From Acidobacteriota bacterium (GTDB lineage: Bacteria > Acidobacteriota > Vicinamibacteria > Fen-336 > JAGNNV01), in assembly GCA_032127745.1 (NCBI GenBank), contig JAQBHL010000041.1, positions 10,230-74,229 of the forward strand: 64,000 nt of DNA. Reading direction: 5' to 3'. The notes under the pieces were generated by a model that was not told where the DNA came from, searched no databases, and was given only the letters and a program-made list of their open reading frames with translations. Positions within the stretch are counted from its first letter, which is position 1. Every line of letters starts with the position of its first letter. A program made the position numbers and the translations under genes. This document shows positions 8,557 through 17,422 of the stretch, in pieces.

Positions 8557-9504
8557 TCACCCCGAGCCAAGGTTCAATCGTTGTTTCCCGACCGCGCCTC
8601 GCCAGGCTGAATACTCACGAAACTGGGCCACGTTGTCCAGGACAATGACCTTGGGTTCCTTGCCCGCGCCCTTCGCGGTCTTCTTCAGTCCGGTCAGATC
8701 GCTCGGCGGATCCGCTCCGAGAGAGAGAGCAGGAACGATCGTCTTGAAGGCTTCGTCATGGGGCGCCCGGACCGAGAGGCGGCGAACAAGGTCGAGAGTG
8801 CTCATGTGCGCGGAGGCGAGGCTGGCGCCCTCGTACCCTGTCCGTCGCGGATCGATCTCCCAGGGCCGGGCCTCTTTCTTGAGATGGAGGTGGACCAGAA
8901 AGGCGTCTTGCAAACGGCTGTCGGCGCGGGCGCGGAGCGAGGAAGCGTCCTTCACTCTCTCGCGCTTGATCGAGGCCGAGACGATCAAAGCCACGTCCGG
9001 CTCGATCAGCTCTCGGCGGGTCGCGGGGGCCTCGGCATGGTGGCGAAGCGTGCATTGAAGAGGAGCGGCGGAGAGGTCGACCGACTCCAAAACGATGGGG
9101 TTTCGGGCGGGGGCCACGGTGTGTTCGGGAAGGGCAAGGAAGGTGAGGCCAATTTCTTTGAAACCTGATTCCTGGGCTCCGTCTGGGAGCTCGGCACTGA
9201 CCTTGAGCAGGCGGTAGCGCGATGCCGCCCGCCATTGCCGCGCCTCCCAGACGGAAATGGAACAGGCTCGGGCCAGGGTTTCCGGGGTTGTCCCGGCGGT
9301 GTCGATGATCAGGTACCGTCTGGTGGTCTGATCTCGGGTCGGGCCCCTGGCCGCGGCTTCGAGATGGTCGAGGCTTTTCGATTGGAGGACCCGTTCGGCC
9401 GCGAGCGCGGCCGCTTCCAGAACCTTGGCGGAAAGCGGAGCGCCGCAATAGACGCAGTTCTCTCGGGCCATGGCAACCGGTCGGGCGCAGGCGGGACAGT
9501 GCAT
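8557..9504 (-). CDS. Hypothetical protein with N-terminal zinc-ribbon (CPAC..CVYC); first gene of the glycosylation operon
   Basis: A 315-aa ORF begins MHCPACARPVAMARENCVYCGAPL. There is no TM segment and I recognise no family. It lies about 45 nt upstream of the first GT2 on the same strand. Confidence 0.6.
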   Translation of the reverse strand: MHCPACARPVAMARENCVYCGAPLSAKVLEAAALAAERVLQSKSLDHLEAAARGPTRDQTTRRYLIIDTAGTTPETLARACSISVWEARQWRAASRYRLLKVSAELPDGAQESGFKEIGLTFLALPEHTVAPARNPIVLESVDLSAAPLQCTLRHHAEAPATRRELIEPDVALIVSASIKRERVKDASSLRARADSRLQDAFLVHLHLKKEARPWEIDPRRTGYEGASLASAHMSTLDLVRRLSVRAPHDEAFKTIVPALSLGADPPSDLTGLKKTAKGAGKEPKVIVLDNVAQFREYSAWRGAVGKQRLNLGSG

Positions 9505-9659
9505 TCCCTGGAAAGGTCGGCCGGCGTGGACCGGCTAGGACGGGTCAGCGGGAAAACGCATGGATCGTCGAGGAGGCTGAACTCTCATTCTGGCCGGGAA
9601 GTCTAAAGGGGGACGCCGATTCTGGGAGCGGCAGGGAACGCCGAATTACACTTCGCAGC

Positions 9660-11738
9660 GTGAGGCCTCGAACTCCGGTTCCGATACGACGAATCACCAT
9701 CCTCCGGGTCGGGGTTCTCTGCACCCTGACGCTTTCCTGCGCGAGCGCGGGTTCGCGGCGAGGGCTGGGCTCGTTCGGCCCCCTGTCCCGGATCGACATC
9801 CTGGCCCAGATTGTGGTGCTGGAGGACTCTCGAACCCTCGGAGGCGGGTCGCTGGCCGCCTTTGTGAAGAGCGACGATCCCGCAATTCGGCGCCGGGCCA
9901 CGCTGGCGGCCGGACGCATTGGGGATCCCCTGGCCGCCCGGGACCTCATCCCGCGACTCGCGGATCCCGAACTGGAGGTGCGCCGGACGGCCGCCTTCGC
10001 CCTGGGGCTGCTGGGGACCCCCGAAGCCGCGCCCGCGCTCAGCGCCGCGCTTATGGACTCGGATGCGATCACCCGCGGCCGCGCCTCGGAGGCGCTGGGT
10101 CGGATCGGACAAAAGGATTCGGCTCCCCTCATCGCCGAAGCCTTCCGCCGATCTTTGCCCCGGACCGCGGGCGTGCTGCGGATCCGCGGCGATGATCCGG
10201 GTCGCGCGGACGACCCTTGGGTGGAGTTGCGTCTCCATCTGGTCGCGCTGGCACGATTGAAGAACGCGGCGGCTTTCGCCACCGCCGTGCTGGGCCCCGA
10301 TGCTCAGCCGGTGGTCGACTGGTGGGCCTGTGTTTGGGCGGCCATGCGCATTGCGGACCCCAGACTCGCCAGCGTCTTTCTCGCGGGCGCGCACGCCGAA
10401 GAACCCTACCTCCGGTCCCTCGCGGCGCGGGGCCTGGGCGAACTCAGGAGCCCGATTCATCTCGGCGCCTTGCGGCAACTGGCCGGGGACAGCGACCCCA
10501 GGGTCGCGCTCCAGGCTCTTCGCGCCCTGGGGCTCCTCGGTTCAGGGGGGGCCTCGGCCGTGGTCGCTCAGTACCTCGAATCCCCGAATCTCGTGCTTCG
10601 CCACGAGGCCCTGACCGCCCTCGCCGCCCTTCCTGCCGACCCACGGTGGCGGTCACGGGTGATTGAGAACGTCGGTCATGCGGATCCATGGATTCGATCC
10701 GCGGCCTGGCCGGCCCTCATCCGTATGGACGCGGACGCGGTGGGGCTGGTCCTCTCGACGATCGGGCCGGACCCGGACTGGCGGGTTCGTCGGGCGGTGG
10801 CGGCCGCGGTGGCCGAGACCGGAGACAACGCGGCGGCGCTGCTTGTCCCAATGTTGAGCGACCCCGACCCCCGCGTCCTCCCTGGGGTCCTCACCGCCAT
10901 CGCCCGGGCCCGGGGATCGAACGCAGTCCCGACCCTGACGGGCTACCTCGAGAGCCCCGACCTGGGAATTCGCGCGGCCGCGGTGGAAGGCCTCTCTTCC
11001 CTGGAAGGCACGAGCGACGAGTCCTTCACCCGCTATTTCACCCGGGCCTATGACGCTTCGCTCAAGGACGATGATCTCGAGGCGCGCGTGAACGCGGTGG
11101 ACGCGGTCGCGAAGAGCGTGGGCGAGGAATCGCGAACCTGGCTGCGACGCGTGGCCGGTTCAGACCCGTCGCGGGTGGTCCGACAACGCGCCATGAGCGC
11201 CCTCTCCCAGGGATGGGCCGCGCCGGAAGCGCGGGCGGTTCGCGCTCCGGACGCCCGGCGTCTGGTGGCGGTCTACGAGCCTCAGACGACGGCCCTCTTC
11301 TCCCCGCGTGCGTTGATCTCGACACGCTACGGAGGCATAGAGCTGAGCCTCGATCTGGTCGAGACTCCTCTGACCTCGCTGTCCTTCGTGCAACTCGCCC
11401 GGAGCGGCTTCTTCAACGGTCTCACCTTCCACCGCGTGGTTCCGGGTTTCGTGGCGCAAGGCGGGGACCCTCGCGGCGACGGCTATGGCGGTCCGGGTTT
11501 CACTCTGCGGTGCGAGTACAGCGAACGACCTTATGGCCGGGGCTCCGTAGGGATGGCCCTCACCGGCAAGGACACGGGCGGGTCGCAGTTCTTCATCGCT
11601 CTCGAGCCCCAGCCACACCTCGACGGCCGGTATACCCAGTTCGCCCAGGTGCTCTCCGGCATGGATATCGTCGACCAGATCCGCCCCGGCGACGTGATCG
11701 AGCGGGTTGAGATCTTCGACGGGCGCGAGTCGCGTTGA
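9660..11738 (+). CDS. Secreted HEAT/PBS-lyase-repeat protein fused to C-terminal cyclophilin-type peptidyl-prolyl isomerase
   Basis: A signal peptide is followed by many DPxVRxxAxxALGxIG repeats. The C-terminus ..FHRVVPGFVAQGGDPRGDGYGGPGFTLRCEY..GSQFFIAL.. is cyclophilin. It starts with GTG. Confidence 0.85.
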   Translation: MRPRTPVPIRRITILRVGVLCTLTLSCASAGSRRGLGSFGPLSRIDILAQIVVLEDSRTLGGGSLAAFVKSDDPAIRRRATLAAGRIGDPLAARDLIPRLADPELEVRRTAAFALGLLGTPEAAPALSAALMDSDAITRGRASEALGRIGQKDSAPLIAEAFRRSLPRTAGVLRIRGDDPGRADDPWVELRLHLVALARLKNAAAFATAVLGPDAQPVVDWWACVWAAMRIADPRLASVFLAGAHAEEPYLRSLAARGLGELRSPIHLGALRQLAGDSDPRVALQALRALGLLGSGGASAVVAQYLESPNLVLRHEALTALAALPADPRWRSRVIENVGHADPWIRSAAWPALIRMDADAVGLVLSTIGPDPDWRVRRAVAAAVAETGDNAAALLVPMLSDPDPRVLPGVLTAIARARGSNAVPTLTGYLESPDLGIRAAAVEGLSSLEGTSDESFTRYFTRAYDASLKDDDLEARVNAVDAVAKSVGEESRTWLRRVAGSDPSRVVRQRAMSALSQGWAAPEARAVRAPDARRLVAVYEPQTTALFSPRALISTRYGGIELSLDLVETPLTSLSFVQLARSGFFNGLTFHRVVPGFVAQGGDPRGDGYGGPGFTLRCEYSERPYGRGSVGMALTGKDTGGSQFFIALEPQPHLDGRYTQFAQVLSGMDIVDQIRPGDVIERVEIFDGRESR

Positions 11739-12601
11739 GCCCTTCCCCTTCGCGGTCCATCCGTCTTCTGGCCCTGGACATCGACGGAACCCTGCTGAAT
11801 TCGAAGAAGGAGATCTCGCCCCGCAACCACGCGGCCATCGCCGCCGCTACCCGGGCAGGGGTGCGAATCGCTCTGGTGACGGGGCGACGCTACCCGGCGG
11901 CGAGGAGAATCGCGGACCTCCTGCCCACCCGCCCTCCGCTGGTCCTCCACAACGGCGGGCTCGTCATCGAGAACTCGGTGGCGATCCGAGTCTCGCCCCT
12001 GGGACGTTCCTCGGCGATCGCCGTGGTCTCGTTCGCGAAAGCCCTGGGGGCCGATCCGGTTGTCCATTATGGTCATCGGGGCGAGGGGTTGCTCTATGTC
12101 GAGACCGCGTCGCCGTCTCACACTCTCCTCGCCTATTACCTCTCTCGCTCTCATCCCGATGTGCGGGTGGTGGAAAGCCTAGAGACCGCCCTCGCCGCCG
12201 AATCCGAGGACCCGCTTCAAGTGATGTTCGGGGGTTCGATGGGTGACATGGAACGCCTGGCCGCCGCCATCGGGAGCGAGCGCTTCGAGGTCTCGGCGCT
12301 CCGGACCACCTACCCAAAAGACGACCTTTCCCTCATCGACGTGGTCGCGCCGTCGGTGGACAAGTCGGAGGCCTTGGGCTTCCTCTGCCAGCGATGGGGC
12401 CTGGGCATCCATGAGGTTCTGGCCATCGGCGACAACTGGAACGACCGGCTCATGCTTCTCTCCGCGGGCAAAGGCTGCGTCATGGGCAACGCGGATCTGG
12501 GATTGCGTTCGCTGGGACTCGAGGTGATTCCGGGCAACGACGAGGACGGGGTCGCGTACGCGGTGGAGCGCTATGTTCTTCGGGACCCGATCGGGGAATA
12601 A
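11735..12601 (+). CDS. Cof-type HAD-IIB phosphatase
   Basis: LLALDIDGTLLNS..ALVTGRRY..IGDNWNDRLMLLSAG. Its ATG overlaps the upstream stop (ATGA). Confidence 0.9.
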   Translation: MSPSPSRSIRLLALDIDGTLLNSKKEISPRNHAAIAAATRAGVRIALVTGRRYPAARRIADLLPTRPPLVLHNGGLVIENSVAIRVSPLGRSSAIAVVSFAKALGADPVVHYGHRGEGLLYVETASPSHTLLAYYLSRSHPDVRVVESLETALAAESEDPLQVMFGGSMGDMERLAAAIGSERFEVSALRTTYPKDDLSLIDVVAPSVDKSEALGFLCQRWGLGIHEVLAIGDNWNDRLMLLSAGKGCVMGNADLGLRSLGLEVIPGNDEDGVAYAVERYVLRDPIGE

Positions 12602-12627
12602 AAAAAAGGGGGTGATCGCTCACCCCC
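12600..12627. terminator. GC hairpin with an A/T run (bidirectional; intrinsic terminator for the minus strand)
   Basis: A8 then GGGGGTGA-tcgc-TCACCCCC. On the minus strand the stem is followed by T8. On the plus strand it sits directly after the Cof stop but lacks a U tract. Confidence 0.5.
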
Positions 12628-12651
12628 TCCTGAAGCCGCAAATGGAAGCGA

Positions 12652-12702
12652 CTACTTCTTCTTCTTCTTTGCAGCCTTCTTAGCAGCTTTCTTAGCGGCC
12701 AT
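12652..12702 (-). CDS. Candidate micro-ORF encoding a 16-aa Lys/Ala peptide (MAAKKAAKKAAKKKKK)
   Basis: ATG is preceded 10 nt upstream by AAAGGGGGG; TAG is followed by the terminator hairpin. An alternative upstream in-frame ATG at 12777 would give 41 aa. Confidence 0.3.
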   Translation of the reverse strand: MAAKKAAKKAAKKKKK

Positions 12703-12788
12703 GGTGTGTAATCCCCCCTTTCGATCTAGGTATTGCCGACCCTTGTTTCCAACATTTTGTGTTGACAACAGGGGCATGCACTAGTTGG

Positions 12789-12817
12789 AGCGTAGGTAAT
12801 GACTTGCACATTGTCAA
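12789..12817 (-). promoter_or_regulatory. Candidate sigma70-type promoter TTGACA-N17-TACGCT driving the tiny minus-strand unit
   Basis: Minus-strand reading: cctcTTGACAatgtgcaagtcattaccTACGCTcc. The -35 is a perfect hexamer and the -10 keeps T1, A2 and T6. Confidence 0.35.
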
Positions 12818-13122
12818 GAGGTCGCCATGAATTTTCATCGGCGCGTCTCCCTTCATTTCAGCGCCTTAGCCTGTGGAAGTTCTGTTGAGAACCTGTTGTG
12901 GAAGGGTGCGAATTCATCATTTGTATGGTTTATTCAACACAAGGTACGGAAACACCGATTCCCGCGGACCTCGCTTCGCTCTAGTGATGACGCAGGCGGG
13001 CGCGGGATCATCAACTCCGAGGAAGAACGAAAGCCGTTGAATGGTTCCTTATATGGGGTCGGCGCGGCCATGCGATGGGGACGCATTCCCTATACTCAGC
13101 GGAAACCGAGTTCGAAATTTCT

Positions 13123-14229
13123 TTGACTTTTTTTGATTTTCAAGTTGACGCGCGTGCGGGTCGCGCTCGAGCGGGACGACTCACGACGCCGCACGGCGCG
13201 ATTCAGACCCCGATCTTCATGCCCGTCGGGACCTCGGGGTCGGTCAAGGGACTGACCGCGACGCAGCTGGAAGAGGTGGGCGCGCAGATCATTCTCGCCA
13301 ACACGTATCACCTGCACGTCCGTCCCGGCGAGGACCTGGTGAAAGAGTTGGGCGGCCTCCACGGCTTCACCGGTTTCAGGCGCCCGTTTCTCACCGACAG
13401 CGGCGGTTATCAGGTCATGAGTCTGAGCGCGCTGCGCCAACGCACCGAGCAGAGCGTGGTTTTTCGAAGCCACCTGGACGGTGCGCGGCTGGAGTTGTCC
13501 CCGGAACGCTCGATCGAGATTCAGATGAAACTCGGCGCCGACATCATCATGGCTTTCGATGAATGTCCGCCGTTCCCCGCCTCGCGCGACGAGGTCGAGG
13601 ACGCCACGGAGAGGACGGCGCGATGGGCGGCGCGCTCGAAGCGGGCGCACACCCGCGATGATCAGTGGCTCTTTGGAATCGTTCAGGGCGGCGTCCACGA
13701 CGATCTGCGAGAGGAGAGCGCCCGCGCGATCACCTCCATCGGCTTTCCCGGCTATGCCATCGGGGGGCTCTCGGTGGGCGAACCGAAGGAGGACATGGTG
13801 CGGATCCTGGAGGTGATGGACCGCGCCCTTCCCGAGAACCAGCCGCGTTACCTCATGGGGGTCGGGACACCGGAGGACCTTCTCGCCGGGATCGCCCGCG
13901 GCGTGGATATGTTCGACTGCGTGCTGCCGACGCGCAATGCACGCAACGGGCAGGTGTTCACCTGGGGGGGGAAGTTGTCGCTCCGAAACGCCAGGTTCGC
14001 CCGGGATCCCTCTCCCCTGGATCCCAACTGCCGGTGCCCCACCTGCCGGATTTCCTCGCGGGCGTACCTGCGCCATCTGCACATGGCGAACGAAATGACG
14101 GGCGCGGTTCTGGCCACCCTTCACAATCTCTTCTTCTATCTTGATTTGGTAGGAAAGGCGCGGGAGAGTATCGTCGCGGGTCGCTTTGAAACGTTCCGGC
14201 AGGAGACCATCGAGGGTCTCAGGGCTTGA
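13123..14229 (+). CDS. tgt: Queuine tRNA-ribosyltransferase
   Basis: ..FMPVGTSGSVKGLT..ILANTYHL..LTDSGGYQV..MAFDEC..CVLPTRNARNG..CRCPTCR zinc site. The start is moved to TTG 13123 (MTFFDFQVDARAGRARAGRL aligns with the usual MKFELDTTDGRARRGRL-type N-terminus); the listed ATG at 13075 is an alternative. Confidence 0.9.
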   Translation: MTFFDFQVDARAGRARAGRLTTPHGAIQTPIFMPVGTSGSVKGLTATQLEEVGAQIILANTYHLHVRPGEDLVKELGGLHGFTGFRRPFLTDSGGYQVMSLSALRQRTEQSVVFRSHLDGARLELSPERSIEIQMKLGADIIMAFDECPPFPASRDEVEDATERTARWAARSKRAHTRDDQWLFGIVQGGVHDDLREESARAITSIGFPGYAIGGLSVGEPKEDMVRILEVMDRALPENQPRYLMGVGTPEDLLAGIARGVDMFDCVLPTRNARNGQVFTWGGKLSLRNARFARDPSPLDPNCRCPTCRISSRAYLRHLHMANEMTGAVLATLHNLFFYLDLVGKARESIVAGRFETFRQETIEGLRA

Positions 14230-14345
14230 GCCATTGTCGGGGAGCGCTCGAGAGACATCGTGGGCTCCGCACCCTGCGTTTCGATGGGCTCTTCCTCGGA
14301 AGAAGCGTATCGGCGCATTCCCAGGAAAACTAGACCTCAATCAAC

Positions 14346-14687
14346 ATGGATTCCGTTCTTCTCGCTACCTTGCAGGCCGCCCCGGCGCAGCCGAGCGTTT
14401 TCGAGGCCTTTCTTCCCATGGCCATCGTCTTCGGCATCTTCTACGTTCTGGTGATCGGTCCGTCGCGAAAGAAACAGGCCGCCCAGGACGCCCTTCTGAA
14501 GTCGCTTAAGAGCGGAGACCGGGTGATTCTGGCCTCTGGGATCTACGGAGTCATAGAGGGCGTCGAGGAGACCGTGGTCTACGTCCGCATCGCCGACAAG
14601 ACGAAAATCCGGGTTCAACGCAGCGCGGTGGCGGCGCTGGAAGGCGGCGGCCATGAACCCACAAAAGGCCATGAACCCACAAAATAG
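14346..14687 (+). CDS. yajC: Preprotein translocase subunit YajC
   Basis: A single TM segment then ..KQAAQDALLKSLKSGDRVILASGIYGVIEGV... It sits directly upstream of secDF. Confidence 0.85.
   Translation: MDSVLLATLQAAPAQPSVFEAFLPMAIVFGIFYVLVIGPSRKKQAAQDALLKSLKSGDRVILASGIYGVIEGVEETVVYVRIADKTKIRVQRSAVAALEGGGHEPTKGHEPTK
14649..14684 (+). repeat. Perfect 18-bp tandem duplication (ggccatgaacccacaaaa x2) at the yajC 3' end
   Basis: Seen directly. It encodes GHEPTKGHEPTK immediately before the stop. Confidence 0.9.
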
Positions 14688-14690
14688 GAA

Positions 14691-16328
14691 ATGAAGATGG
14701 ACAGTCTCACAAACAACCCATTCCTGCTCTGGCTCGTGATCTCGATCGCGGTCGGAGCGCTCGCCTGGACGTTTTTGCGCAAGGAATTGCGGACCCGAGC
14801 CATCCTCTACGGTTCGTTCCTGATTGCCTGTTTCGTCTCCTTGTGGCCGCTTCAGGAAAAGATCAAGCTGGGGCTCGATCTAAAGGGCGGGATGCATCTG
14901 ATCATGAAGGTCGTCACCGACGACGCTTTCCGGGCCACGGTCTCAGATGGGGTCTCGCTGGCTTCGAGCGAACTGGGCCGGGCGGGCATGCCCGGGGCGA
15001 AGGTCGCCGCGACGGGAATCGATGAGTTCTTGGTCGAAGGCGTTGAACCAGCCCGTATGAAGGATGCGCGCACGACCTTGCGCGACTTCTTCCGTTCCAT
15101 CGAATGGAATACGAGCGAGACCAGCACCGGTTTCTCGATCAAGATGACCGACGCCTACAAGCGCGTCCTCAAGGACCAGACGGTCGCGGAGTCGATACGC
15201 ACGCTGGAGCGGCGGGTGAACGTCCTGGGCGTGTCCGAACCGGTCATCACCCCTCATGGCAGCGCGGGGGATCAGATTCTGGTCCAGCTCCCAGGAGTCA
15301 CCGACGTGGCCCGGGCCAAGGACATGATCAAGCGCACCGCCCAGCTCTCGTTGAAACTGGTCGAGAACGAAGCCTCCACCAGGGAGATGCTTCTTCCCCC
15401 GGGCCAGACCGAACCCGCACCCAATATGGAGATCGTGAGCGGCGCCGGCGCTGAGCCAGGGACTCGCTCGTTCTATCTGGTGCGAAAGGAGGCGGTGATC
15501 ACCGGCCGCGACCTCAAGAACGCGCGGCCCAGCGTGAGCGGCGAGACCGGACTTCCGGACATCTCGTTCTCCTTGACTCCGACGGGGGCCCAGAAGTTCG
15601 GCCTGGCGACCGGGGCCAACGTGGGGCGGCGTCTCGCGGTGATTCTCGATGGCACGGTTGAGTCTGCTCCGGTCATCAACTCGCGCATCACCGACCAGGG
15701 CGTGATTCAGGGATCCTTTTCTCAGGAGGAGGCGGACACGCTCGCCAAGGTCCTTCGCGCCGGCGCGCTTCCGGCCACCCTGAACTTCCTGCAGGAGCAG
15801 ACCGTGGGCGCCTCCCTCGGGCGGGACTCGATTCGGTCGGGGGTCATGGCCTCGGCCGCGGGCATGAGTTTCATCGGCATCTTCCTGCTCATCTACTACC
15901 GGCTCGCCGGCGTGAACGCCGTGGTTGCCCTGTTGGCCAACCTGCTCATTCTTCTCGGGGCGATGGCGTACGCCGGGGCCACGTTGACCCTCCCCGGCAT
16001 CGCCGGCGTCATTTTGACCGTCGGCGTGGGCGTCGATACGAACGTTCTCGTCTTCGAACGCATTCGCGAAGAGCTCCGCTCCGGCAAGACGGTCAAGACC
16101 GCGGTCAATAATGGTTTCGACCGCGTCTGGATCACGATCCTCGATACGCACGCGACCGCGCTCATCGCCGCCGCATTCCTCTTTCAGTTCGGTACCGGTG
16201 CGATTCGTGGTTTCGCGGTGACCCTCGTATGGGGCCTGATCGCGAACATTTTCGCCTCGTACTTTGTCAGCAAGTTCCTTTTCGAATGGGTGCTCGGCGA
16301 CCGCAAAGTCGACACCCTCTCCATCTAA
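14691..16328 (+). CDS. secD: Protein translocase subunit SecD
   Basis: ..LGLDLKGGMHL.., a periplasmic domain and a C-terminal 6-TM bundle; typical length. Confidence 0.95.
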   Translation: MKMDSLTNNPFLLWLVISIAVGALAWTFLRKELRTRAILYGSFLIACFVSLWPLQEKIKLGLDLKGGMHLIMKVVTDDAFRATVSDGVSLASSELGRAGMPGAKVAATGIDEFLVEGVEPARMKDARTTLRDFFRSIEWNTSETSTGFSIKMTDAYKRVLKDQTVAESIRTLERRVNVLGVSEPVITPHGSAGDQILVQLPGVTDVARAKDMIKRTAQLSLKLVENEASTREMLLPPGQTEPAPNMEIVSGAGAEPGTRSFYLVRKEAVITGRDLKNARPSVSGETGLPDISFSLTPTGAQKFGLATGANVGRRLAVILDGTVESAPVINSRITDQGVIQGSFSQEEADTLAKVLRAGALPATLNFLQEQTVGASLGRDSIRSGVMASAAGMSFIGIFLLIYYRLAGVNAVVALLANLLILLGAMAYAGATLTLPGIAGVILTVGVGVDTNVLVFERIREELRSGKTVKTAVNNGFDRVWITILDTHATALIAAAFLFQFGTGAIRGFAVTLVWGLIANIFASYFVSKFLFEWVLGDRKVDTLSI

Positions 16329-16343
16329 CGGAATCGACAGAAA

Positions 16344-17270
16344 ATGTTCGAGATTCTAAAGAACCCAAATTTCGACTTCCTCGGCAAGACGAAGTACTTC
16401 GTCGCTCTGAGTCTCACCGCCATCCTGGGTGGCTTCGGATACATGGTGGCGAACGGCCTCTATTTCGGGGCCAACCCGAAAGGTTACGGCGTCGAGTTCT
16501 CGGGTGGAACCCAGCTCATTCTCCACTTCGAAAAGACTCCCGAAATCGATCGGATCCGCGCCGCGATCGCCGACGCCACCATCCAGACCTACGACGATCC
16601 GGCCAAGAATCAGGTCCTGGTGAGAATCGCGGCCGCCGATGAGGAAAACCTCGACCAGGCTGCGAATGCGGCCAAGGCGGCGGTCGCGGTCCAATACCCG
16701 GAAAACCGGATCCTGGAGTCCTCGTCTGAAATCGTGGGGCCCACCGTGGGCGCGGACCTTCGGCAAAAAGCGATCCAGCTCACGGTCTGGGGCCTGCTCT
16801 TTCAGTTGCTGTACATTACGTGGCGCTTCGGGGGGGCCATCTGGGGCGCCGCGGCCACCTTGGCGGTGTTTCACGATGTTCTGGTGACCCTCGCCTGTCT
16901 CGCCGTGTTCGGCTACGAGATCACGCTGAATATCATCGCCGCCCTGCTGACCCTCGTGGGCTATTCGGTCAACGACACCATCGTCATCTTCGATCGCGCC
17001 CGAGAGAACCTCAAGACGAAGAAGAAGGATTCTCTGGCAAAAGTGCTGAACGACTCGTTGAATCAGACGCTGACCCGGACCCTGATCTCGAATGGCACCA
17101 CGTTTCTGGCCGTTCTGGGCCTCTATCTGTTTGGCGGCGAGGTCCTCCGGGGCTTTGGCTTCACCATGGCGGTGGGCATTCTGGTAGGCACATATTCCAC
17201 CATCTATATCGCCAGCCCGGTTGTGGTCTGGTGGCGTCAGCGTCAGGCAGGCAGAGGCAGGGCCGTCTAG
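16344..17270 (+). CDS. secF: Protein translocase subunit SecF
   Basis: ..FSGGTQL.., C-terminal TM bundle ..YSVNDTIVIFDRARE... Confidence 0.95.
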   Translation: MFEILKNPNFDFLGKTKYFVALSLTAILGGFGYMVANGLYFGANPKGYGVEFSGGTQLILHFEKTPEIDRIRAAIADATIQTYDDPAKNQVLVRIAAADEENLDQAANAAKAAVAVQYPENRILESSSEIVGPTVGADLRQKAIQLTVWGLLFQLLYITWRFGGAIWGAAATLAVFHDVLVTLACLAVFGYEITLNIIAALLTLVGYSVNDTIVIFDRARENLKTKKKDSLAKVLNDSLNQTLTRTLISNGTTFLAVLGLYLFGGEVLRGFGFTMAVGILVGTYSTIYIASPVVVWWRQRQAGRGRAV

Positions 17271-17422
17271 CCGCCTCCGGTTCCGTGAAAGGACGTATGC
17301 CTGGCCCTGAGCCCCTCAGACTGGGCCAATCGCGGGCCACCGGAGCGACTGTGGTCGGGGGGTAGACTCCGCGGACTCTCCAGATGTGGCAGTCTTCTTG
17401 CTGCAGCTCGGCAGAGTCGCCT

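Noticed and set aside
12827-13126. 99-aa + ORF in the AT-rich region upstream of tgt
   Set aside because: It has no RBS and atypical composition, and it overlaps the corrected tgt start. It is more likely non-coding leader/regulatory DNA.
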